Shown here piece after piece: positions 42,369 through 49,974 of a DNA stretch of 52,123 nt. The DNA is taken from contig JANMAX010000316.1 of assembly GCA_031360075.1 (NCBI GenBank), positions 1-52,123 of the forward strand, written 5' to 3'. The position numbers were made by a program, and so were the translations under genes. This DNA is from a bacterium (lineage in GTDB: Bacteria; Eisenbacteria; RBG-16-71-46). The notes under the pieces were generated by a model. That model ran no database searches. It worked only from the letters and a program-made list of their open reading frames with translations, and was not told the origin of the DNA. Every line of letters begins with the position of its first letter. Within the stretch, counting starts at the first letter, position 1.

Positions 42369-42815
42369 TTGCCTTTTACCAGCCTGCGGCTCAAGGCGCC
42401 CAGACCCTCCGTGTTCCCAAGGGGTTACCCGAAGAATCCGGTGACACTCGGTGAACAGCTCCGTCGTCGAAGGCTCGATCTCAGCCTGCCGCAACGAATC
42501 CTCGCCGAGCGCTGGCGGGTCACCCGCGAGACGGTCGCCGGATGGGAGCTGGGACGCTGTCAGCCCTCGATCCGGCACCGGCCGCTCGTCGTGGAGTTCC
42601 TGGGGCTCGACCCGACGCCGACCGCGGCCACGCTCGGCGGCCGACTTCGGGCCTACCGACGCAAGCATGGACTGACGCAGGCGGAGCTCGGTGTCAGGGT
42701 GGGCATCAATGAGGGGACCATCCTCGATATCGAAGCGAATCGGCGAAAGACCAGCGCCCGCGTCGTGGCGCTCATTGAGGGCTTGCTGGCGCGGGGCCGG
42801 GCTCCAAACCGGTGA
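42369..42815 (+). CDS. tandem XRE-family helix-turn-helix protein (unit 3)
   Basis: TLGEQLRRRRLDLSLPQRILAERWRVTRETVAGWELG plus a second HTH (GLTQAELGVRVGINEGTILDIEAN). Confidence 0.85.
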   Translation: MPFTSLRLKAPRPSVFPRGYPKNPVTLGEQLRRRRLDLSLPQRILAERWRVTRETVAGWELGRCQPSIRHRPLVVEFLGLDPTPTAATLGGRLRAYRRKHGLTQAELGVRVGINEGTILDIEANRRKTSARVVALIEGLLARGRAPNR

Positions 42816-42837
42816 CCAAAGGATAACTTCGAAGAAT

Positions 42838-42930
42838 GAGATTGGACTTGCGCCAGGGGGGGGGGGAGGCGCCTACTCTGCCCCTTGCGCTCCCCCGTCG
42901 CGCACCAGTGCGATCATGCGTGCTCGACCT
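42838..42930 (+). promoter_or_regulatory. conserved cassette promoter/operator box with G11 tract (unit 3)
   Basis: GAGATTGGACTTGCGCCA-G11-AGGCGCC-TACTCT. Confidence 0.6.
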
Positions 42931-43002
42931 GTCCTTTCCGATGAGCACGAGCGCATTGCATTGAACCTCGTACCTCGCGGCAGCTCTCAGTGGGATAGTC
43001 GA

Positions 43003-46000
43003 ATGACGGATCAGATTCGTCGACTTGCGATCATCGCGTTGGGCTCGCTGCTCCTCGCCGCTTCTGCGACAACGAGTTCGGCAGGCAATAACGCAGGGGG
43101 AACAGCGCGATTGAGTTGGGACGAGGCCGGCGTGGTGCTGAATATTGCATCTCCTCCTTCCGACTCGTTCCCCCTGTTTCTTTCCCTGTCCGGAGCACCA
43201 AACGTACGCGCCCTCGCCGCCGTGGTTCAGTGGTTTCCCACCGACCCGACGGGTGCGTGCTACGGCTTGCTCCCGGCCTCGCCAGGGGGGACTTGCGGCA
43301 GCACGAGCGAAATGCCGACGACTGGCGAGTTCCACGGAGAGCCGACCAACGAGTGGTGGAGCATTTCATTCCCGCCAGGCAGCACCGCACGGCACTGCGT
43401 CTCCTGGATCGTGACTGCCGCCGGCTGCCCGATTCTTCCACCCGCGATCTTTACGGCACAGGTTCGTATCGAGGACTCGAATGGCGATGTCGACACCCTC
43501 GCGGTGCAGCTACCGGCCACGATCGGATCGTCTCAGGCTGCCTCGTTGGAGGCGACCGCCATCTCCCCCGCGATTGTGGTGCCGGCCACGGAAACCATGT
43601 TGCGAGTCCGTGGATCGGGATTTCTTCCCGGGTCGCACGTGTCGCTTAGCAACTCCACGAGCCGCGTGGAGGCCAGTCGCGTCATCGTGCTTTCCCCTGA
43701 TGAGATTGCCGCAACCGTGGCGCCCGGCCAGTCGGCGACTCCATACGATCTGACCGTCTCGATGGCAGACGGACGCTCTTCGGTTTCACCGCAGGACGTG
43801 GCGACTGCTCCCGCATTGGCATTGTCGATTTCCAGCCAGTTGCCGCGCCCAACCAACGCCGCCGGAGCGATTCGCACGCTCGCCCTCTGGGCCGATCAAA
43901 GCGCTACAGTGAACGTTGCGCATATTGGATTACCTCTCCCTTCAGCTTTGACCACCGACTCGCTGCTGATTCCACGCCCCGCCGGAGGCGACACGATGGC
44001 CGTGCTCAGGAGCACGCCGAGCGATTGCATCGAGTTCAACGCCGGTGTCGCGTGTTGTCCCAGCTATGTCGAGTACAACATCTCGCCGCCTCAGTACGCC
44101 ACATCGATTGGCCTGCTGCAGATGGGCAAGGGGGTCCTCAGGGGCACGGGGGCATTCGACGACAACAACCTTCCTATCGTCTCGGTCAGAACACGATTCG
44201 CAGACGGTGATTCGGTCGTCGATACGCTTCGCGTCGGGCGGCAGGTGCGCAATTCCAAGGACGGCTCGCTCTCATGCCCGATCGCCGGGCCCATTCCGTA
44301 CTTCGTGCTTCAGCCCGACGATCCGCTGAATGCCCAGTTGTACGCTAGCGGTGGGGCGTTCTACGACGCGCAAGAGGTGCAACTGCCGCCGAGCAAGCGC
44401 TCCAAGCTCGTTAGTGCGATACGCATCAGTGAGCTTGCCATCGTGCACAACAATTGTGCTCCGTCTGGTTTCACCGGGTGCCAGAGCTACCTGAGCGGGA
44501 TCGGCCTGTGGCCTTCATTCGAAGTCAGAAACCGTCATGGTGGCAGCCTTGGGCTTCAGACTCAGTTCGCGACAGCCTACGCGGGCTTGCCGTATGGAGG
44601 GTACATCGTGCGCGACACCCTGTTCGGGGCGCACAACACTATCCGGGCCCTGGGTTGCATGCTGAGCTGCATGGCGATGGCTAACTCGTTCCTGGGCGAC
44701 ACCGTTACCGTCTTGGGGCTGAACAAGTACCTAGCGCTGCACGATGGATTCGAGCCTACAACTCTTGTCACGCTCAACCAGGTGAACGGCCAGAGCCTCG
44801 GGTCGACGGTGACCTGGACGGTTAGGCCCGGCGTGAAGTTGTCTGTCGGCGATACGGTGCTCTTCGAATCGCCTGGGACTCAGCGTCGAAGTCCCCTCGT
44901 GACGTTGGTGACCGGTCCGACAACCTCGCAGGCTACGATTGTTCTCAGGCACCGCTCGGGCCTCTTGACAGGCAACATGACGGGCGTCGGGTATGGACTC
45001 GTCAACACAGATGTGGCCGCCGAGGCGTACTCCAAGAGTAGTGGGCATCCTTGGCACCTGGTCAGGCTCATCGGGACGAGTCCGGCAATCCCGCCGCTCG
45101 TGGAGACCGCCCTGGTGGATTCGCTTCCTGTGCTGTTGGAGGAGCCGCACCACTACGTCCTTGCGCGCGGCTGGCGACCCAGTTTTGGCGGCAACTTTGC
45201 GAATGGCACCTACGTCCTGAACGACCCGGGCCATGATGGCGTGACTCGACTTAACCAGAATTTCGTGGTGGGCGGAACTCCTACGAGTTTCGGAAACACG
45301 TTCTTGGCGGCGAGATCGTGCGTCCCGCTGGAAGCGAACCACTACAACTCGACGGCGGTCGGCGGTGGGGCTGTCAGCTTCGTTCTCCAGGGGGGCGGCC
45401 GGCTCAGCATTACTGATTCCTCGGGTCGCGGATTGGACTTCTACGACACGCTCGGCGGATACGACGGCAATCTCCCGGGCGCGAATGCCTGGCCGGACTA
45501 TGGGGCCGGTCTGGACGATGGCCTGGCCGCTGAGGCGCCAGTTGAGTACGTTGAGCTTGCAGGTGCCGCCGGCGGCGACTACCGAGTGCAGGTCGTCGCC
45601 AAGGGCTCTGCTTCCTTTGGGCTGGGTGCCTCAACCCTCGATGCCGATGGCAACTGCGCCCGAGCGTACGCAGAGTATCCGCTGAGCACCGGCGAAGCAG
45701 TGACGTTCAGCGTGCACGTCGTGCAAGGCGCATCGTCCAGCGTGCGAATCGACACATTGACGACTGCTGGTGTCGGGGGCGGAACTCAGCAACTCCCAAC
45801 CGCGCTGACGGTACGACCGAACCCAAGCCGCGGTAAGGTGGAGTTGGTGGCTGACATGGCGGTTCAGGGAAACGTAACGATCGAACTGTTTGACATCGCT
45901 GGAAGGCTTGTTGCTGTACCTCTCAATGGTCCAGTTGCTGCAGGACGACAGGTCATCCACTGGGACGCCGAAACTGGGGGAAGCGTGAGCGGACGAGCAG

Positions 46001-46068
46001 GGCTCTATTTTGTACGAATGAGAACAGGGGCGCAGGTGTTTACGCGCCGCCTACTGGTGACGCGATGA
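43003..46068 (+). CDS. large secreted multidomain protein: GNNAG module, IPT/TIG-like domain, C39-like papain-fold peptidase, C-terminal sorting-like domain
   Basis: Signal peptide; LRVRGSGF..G IPT-like motif; TIRALGCMLSCMAM / HHYVLARG / LNDPG Cys-His-Asp pattern; PNPSRG...LFDIAGR...AGLYFVRM. Confidence 0.75.
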   Translation: MTDQIRRLAIIALGSLLLAASATTSSAGNNAGGTARLSWDEAGVVLNIASPPSDSFPLFLSLSGAPNVRALAAVVQWFPTDPTGACYGLLPASPGGTCGSTSEMPTTGEFHGEPTNEWWSISFPPGSTARHCVSWIVTAAGCPILPPAIFTAQVRIEDSNGDVDTLAVQLPATIGSSQAASLEATAISPAIVVPATETMLRVRGSGFLPGSHVSLSNSTSRVEASRVIVLSPDEIAATVAPGQSATPYDLTVSMADGRSSVSPQDVATAPALALSISSQLPRPTNAAGAIRTLALWADQSATVNVAHIGLPLPSALTTDSLLIPRPAGGDTMAVLRSTPSDCIEFNAGVACCPSYVEYNISPPQYATSIGLLQMGKGVLRGTGAFDDNNLPIVSVRTRFADGDSVVDTLRVGRQVRNSKDGSLSCPIAGPIPYFVLQPDDPLNAQLYASGGAFYDAQEVQLPPSKRSKLVSAIRISELAIVHNNCAPSGFTGCQSYLSGIGLWPSFEVRNRHGGSLGLQTQFATAYAGLPYGGYIVRDTLFGAHNTIRALGCMLSCMAMANSFLGDTVTVLGLNKYLALHDGFEPTTLVTLNQVNGQSLGSTVTWTVRPGVKLSVGDTVLFESPGTQRRSPLVTLVTGPTTSQATIVLRHRSGLLTGNMTGVGYGLVNTDVAAEAYSKSSGHPWHLVRLIGTSPAIPPLVETALVDSLPVLLEEPHHYVLARGWRPSFGGNFANGTYVLNDPGHDGVTRLNQNFVVGGTPTSFGNTFLAARSCVPLEANHYNSTAVGGGAVSFVLQGGGRLSITDSSGRGLDFYDTLGGYDGNLPGANAWPDYGAGLDDGLAAEAPVEYVELAGAAGGDYRVQVVAKGSASFGLGASTLDADGNCARAYAEYPLSTGEAVTFSVHVVQGASSSVRIDTLTTAGVGGGTQQLPTALTVRPNPSRGKVELVADMAVQGNVTIELFDIAGRLVAVPLNGPVAAGRQVIHWDAETGGSVSGRAGLYFVRMRTGAQVFTRRLLVTR

Positions 46069-46613
46069 GGGCGAGCGGAGTTGTTCTAGGAAAGCGCTTG
46101 TGTCTTAGCTTGCTGGTAGCTGTGCTTGTCGAAACTCCGCCCGCCACTCAGGCTGGGACGGCAGGACATTTGCTTTTGTACGTTCGTGGGAACGTGAGCG
46201 ACATCGTCCTGGTCGATCCCGCTGGAAGGGCCGACCGGCAGAATGACAGTATCGCGGTCGCCAACATTCCTGGCTGCGGGCGGTGGCCCGGTGGTCTGGG
46301 GGGAGACCAGAGTGACCCCACTACTGTTGACTCCAGCGCCAGGTCCCAGATGCTGTTCGAGTTGAGCATCGTTCATTACGGACGGTACCTCGTCTCCGCT
46401 CAGTCTGACGACAGTCTCGATGTGGAAGTGGTGGGGACCTTCGATACAGCGGACCACTCCTCGACGGCTTGCGTAGACCTGACCCAGAGGGACCGAGTCG
46501 CAGTCGGCCGCACCACCTGGGCCGTTGACGTTCGGCGTTCGCCGCCACCGGGTGAATGCACAATCCGGATTACTCGGCTAGGCGAGTGGAAATCGAAGGG
46601 TAGGTGTCGGTAG
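46065..46613 (+). CDS. secreted hypothetical protein, paralog of 27711-28265
   Basis: Signal peptide; ATGA overlap with the upstream gene; extensive identity with 27711-28265. Confidence 0.8.
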   Translation: MRASGVVLGKRLCLSLLVAVLVETPPATQAGTAGHLLLYVRGNVSDIVLVDPAGRADRQNDSIAVANIPGCGRWPGGLGGDQSDPTTVDSSARSQMLFELSIVHYGRYLVSAQSDDSLDVEVVGTFDTADHSSTACVDLTQRDRVAVGRTTWAVDVRRSPPPGECTIRITRLGEWKSKGRCR

Positions 46614-46742
46614 CCCTTGAGGTTGGCTCCAGAGGCAGCGAGCCGCGAAAACTCGATGGGACGACCGACTTGATGGGTCCGCATTGATAGACTGGCTCGC
46701 GAGCTTGAGTTGGAAGGCAAGATTGCCTCGTATCAATACGCG

Positions 46743-48254
46743 TCACCCCTCGCGACTGTGCCGCGCCTCGTACGCCCGATACTGCAGCGCCTCCGCCAGT
46801 CGTAGCGCGCCGACGCGCGGTTCACCCGCGAGGTCCGCGATGGTGCGCGCCACGCGCAGCGCGCGGTGCACGGCGCGGGCACTCATGCCGCCGCGGTCCA
46901 CGGCGTCGGCGACCAGTTGGCGGCCGGGCGCATCGAGTGCGCAGTGCTCGCGCAACAGCGGCGCCGGCATCTGCGCGTTCAGCCAGCCGCGTTGTAGCTG
47001 CACCGCGCGTGCCGCGAGCACGCGCGTGCGCACGGCGTCAGAGGGTTCGCCGGGCGTGGCGGCCATCAGTTCGTCAGACGTGAGCGGCGTGACTTCGATC
47101 TGCAGGTCGAGGCGATCGAGGATGGGCCCGGAGACCCGCGCGGTGTAGCGCATCAGGTCGCGCGGCCCGCAGCGGCAGCCGCGCTTCGGATGCCCCAGCC
47201 AGCCACAGGGACAGGGGTTCATGGCCGCGACAATGAGTGGCCGCGCCGGGAAGCGCGCGTGCGAACCAGCACGCGCGATCGCGACTTCGCCGTTCTCGAG
47301 CGGCTCGCGTAGCGCGTCGAGCAGTGAGCGTGGGTACTCCGACAGCTCATCCATGAACAGCACGCCACGATGCGCTAGCGACAGTTCGCCCGGCCGCGGC
47401 GGATTGCCGCCGCCCACCAGACCTGCACGTGACACCGAGTGATGCGGCGCGCGGAACGGCCGTGAGCGCATGAGTCCGCGGCCGGGCGAGCGCAGGCCGG
47501 TCGCCGAGTGCAACCTTGTCACCACCAGCGCCTCGCTGTGCTCGAGCGGTGGCAAGAGTCCCGGGAGACGCCGCGCCAGCATGCTCTTGCCGCAGCCCGG
47601 CGGGCCCACCAGCAGCACATGGTGTCCGCCCGCAGCGGCGATCTCGAGTGCATGGCGTGCGATGGCCTGGCCGCGTACGTCCGACAAGTCCTCGTCGTGC
47701 CCGGTCTGTGCGTCGGGGGAGGCCCGCAGTGCGCGCGGCAGGTCTTCGCCACGCAGCCACGCCACCGCTTCCCCCAGGTGCTTCACCGCGAGCACTTGCA
47801 GGCCATCGACCAAGGCGGCTTCGGGTGCGGCCTCGGCCGGGCACACCAGCGTGTGTGCGCCGGCGCGCCACAGGCTCTCGGCCAGCGCCAGCGTTCCGCG
47901 TGTGCCGCGCAGGGCGCCGTCCAGTGCCAGTTCGCCCATGGCCGCGGTGCGCTCGAGCCTTTCCAACGGGGCCTGGCCGGTGGCGGCCACCAATCCGAGC
48001 GCCAGCGCCAGATCGGCCGAGGCGCCCTCTTTCCGGCGATCGGCGGGGGCCAGGTTCACGGTTACGCGGCGGTCGGGTGGTGAGAACCCGGCATTGCGGA
48101 GCGCAGGCCAGACGCGCTCGCGCGACTCACGCGCAGTGGCGTCGGGCAGCCCGACCATGACAAATCCCGGCAGTCCCGGCCCGACGTCGATCTCGCAATC
48201 GACCGGGAACGCGTCGAGTCCCCACAGTGCTGCCGTGCGCACGCGTGCGAGCAT
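46743..48254 (-). CDS. comM: ComM / YifB family Mg-chelatase-like AAA+ ATPase (intact)
   Basis: VGLPD...ESRERV, VNLAPAD, GELALDG, Walker A GPPGCGKS, RAPHH, GELSLAHRGVLFMDE, MNPCPCG and SGPILDRLD motifs; start at ATG 48254. Confidence 0.96.
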   Translation of the reverse strand: MLARVRTAALWGLDAFPVDCEIDVGPGLPGFVMVGLPDATARESRERVWPALRNAGFSPPDRRVTVNLAPADRRKEGASADLALALGLVAATGQAPLERLERTAAMGELALDGALRGTRGTLALAESLWRAGAHTLVCPAEAAPEAALVDGLQVLAVKHLGEAVAWLRGEDLPRALRASPDAQTGHDEDLSDVRGQAIARHALEIAAAGGHHVLLVGPPGCGKSMLARRLPGLLPPLEHSEALVVTRLHSATGLRSPGRGLMRSRPFRAPHHSVSRAGLVGGGNPPRPGELSLAHRGVLFMDELSEYPRSLLDALREPLENGEVAIARAGSHARFPARPLIVAAMNPCPCGWLGHPKRGCRCGPRDLMRYTARVSGPILDRLDLQIEVTPLTSDELMAATPGEPSDAVRTRVLAARAVQLQRGWLNAQMPAPLLREHCALDAPGRQLVADAVDRGGMSARAVHRALRVARTIADLAGEPRVGALRLAEALQYRAYEARHSREG

Positions 48255-48426
48255 GGTGGTTCCGTGTGCGGGGGCAGGGACCATTGCGCGCGGGCGGCCA
48301 TGGCAGGCACGACGCGGGGGTGGACGGCCCCGGCGAATCGGGCGGCCCATGCGGGGCGACTGCACGCCGGGCCACGCAAGTTCCATGCAATGCCCAACCC
48401 GTTGCGGCTAAGGTATCGCGTCCAGT

Positions 48427-48475
48427 ACACACCGACGCCGGCATGGTCGGACTCTCCACGCCGGCGTCAGTGTGT
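48427..48475. terminator. hairpin downstream of the lipoprotein gene (possible terminator)
   Basis: ACACAC-C-GACGCCGGC ... GCCGGCGTC-A-GTGTGT inverted repeat; no clear U-tract. Confidence 0.45.
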
Positions 48476-48485
48476 CGCTTGGCGA

Positions 48486-49871
48486 CTACCGCTCGTCGCC
48501 GCTCTCGGCCACGCCCAGGTCGACGTCGTCGATGCCATCCAAGCGCGCAAGGTCGCTCACCAGTGGCTGCCAGGCGCCCTGCGCGGCCAGGCGCGCCAGT
48601 TCTTGAGCGCCCGGGAGTTCCTGCAGGAACACGAACGCCGTGCCCAGTGCGAATCGCGCCACGGTGCCGCGTGCGCTGGTTGTGGCGCGTGATGCCTTCG
48701 CCTCGCGGCTCGCGGCCAGCACCTGCTGCAGCGTGGTCTCATCGCCGCACGCCGCCTTCCAGCGCGTTTCGATGGCTTTGGCGCGCTCGGGGTCGGCCGC
48801 GCGCACGGCGTCCGAGACGAGCGCGTAGCGGTCGAGCTCCCCTTCCGGCACGTACGAGGTCCACACCACGCGTGCGCGGGTCTTGAGTGGCGTGCGTTGG
48901 TGCGCAAGGGTGCTGCCGTCGCGCGTCGAGACCACTTCGTGATCGACCTCGAATGCCACGTCGCGCAACCGTGCCACGACCTCGATCGGCACCTCGACCC
49001 AGTGCACTTCGCTCTCACCGGCGGCGCTCTTCTGCACGATGCGGCGCGCGACGGTGTCCCGGAAGTACTCGAGGTGGGTCTCCGACGTCACCGGGCCCAG
49101 CGAGCCGAGCACGACGCGCTGTGCGCCAGACTTGCGTGCCAGCTTCAGCGCATCGGCGCGCGGCAGGTGCGCCAACTGCGCCACGGTCATGCGCGAATCG
49201 ATGGCGTCAGCGCCGAGCACGCGCGTGAAGCGCGAGTGCGGTGGCGAGAGCTCGTGCATGACGGCATCCCGCCAGTGGTCGGCGACGTCGCGGCCGACGC
49301 CGACATCACCCCAGGCGCACGTCACCGGCATCACCACCACACGAGTCAGCGCCTGTTCGTAGGCCGCATCGGCCAGCTTGGAGGCATCGCGCCACGGGTT
49401 CTCGAAGCGTTCGCTGTCACGGTACCGTTCAAACGCCAGCTTGGGCCGGTGCGCGCTCATGGCCTCACGGCCCTGGCTGTAGCTGCGGCGAGCGGCCGAG
49501 CGGCGCAGCGCGCGCTCGTCGTCCGTCCACTCCGGCGTCATCGTGAGCGTGGTGTAGTGGGCGGCGTTGCCCCTGAAACCCGCGAACTCCAGCACCTGTT
49601 CAGCGGCACGCAGGCTGTCGACCGCGGCGAGCGCGCGGATGCGGCGCTGCCAGTCCCCCGAGATCGCCTGTCCGGCGGCGTGCGCCGCGGCGCGTGCGTT
49701 CGGGTTCAGCGGCTCGCGGTCGAGCGCGCGTATCGCCAATTGCCAGGCGCGCCACATGTCGCCGCTCGCCAGCTTCTGCTGGCTCTTCTCTGCCAGCTTG
49801 CTCGGGCCAGCACAGCCGTGCACGACCAAGGCCGCCAGCACGAGTGCCGCGGTCAGGATGCGTCGCTGCAT
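48486..49871 (-). CDS. hypothetical lipoprotein with TPR-like N-terminus
   Basis: Lipobox VHGC; AGGAGG RBS; helical repeats. Confidence 0.75.
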   Translation of the reverse strand: MQRRILTAALVLAALVVHGCAGPSKLAEKSQQKLASGDMWRAWQLAIRALDREPLNPNARAAAHAAGQAISGDWQRRIRALAAVDSLRAAEQVLEFAGFRGNAAHYTTLTMTPEWTDDERALRRSAARRSYSQGREAMSAHRPKLAFERYRDSERFENPWRDASKLADAAYEQALTRVVVMPVTCAWGDVGVGRDVADHWRDAVMHELSPPHSRFTRVLGADAIDSRMTVAQLAHLPRADALKLARKSGAQRVVLGSLGPVTSETHLEYFRDTVARRIVQKSAAGESEVHWVEVPIEVVARLRDVAFEVDHEVVSTRDGSTLAHQRTPLKTRARVVWTSYVPEGELDRYALVSDAVRAADPERAKAIETRWKAACGDETTLQQVLAASREAKASRATTSARGTVARFALGTAFVFLQELPGAQELARLAAQGAWQPLVSDLARLDGIDDVDLGVAESGDER

Positions 49872-49974
49872 GAGGGACCTCCTGGTGGGAACATCACGGG
49901 TCCCCTGGATTATCGGCCGTCGGGCCGCCCGGATTCAGCGGTGTCCACGGGACATGCGGCGGGCCGGCGTCAGC

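Larger units (their letters stand above)
27050..48254. mobile_element. tandem cassette array integrated at comM (three complete units plus one truncated unit)
   Basis: Units at 28826-34811, 34812-42363 and 42364-47216, plus a remnant at about 27050-28825. Each complete unit is HTH gene + promoter box + cargo + 474-bp comM 3' end. No integrase was seen. Confidence 0.8.

Noticed and set aside
28825-42376. Integron interpretation, because the junction begins with GTT
   Set aside because: GTTGCGT does not fit GTTRRRY, no attC-like hairpins were seen, there is no intI in the window, and units are multi-gene with 474-bp comM arms.
27076-46613. Diversity-generating retroelement template/variable repeat pair (27 kb versus 45.5-46.6 kb)
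   Set aside because: Differences are not adenine-specific and no reverse transcriptase is present.
27050-47216. Prophage, ICE or IS-bounded transposon
   Set aside because: No structural, replication, conjugation, integrase or transposase genes and no terminal inverted repeats seen.
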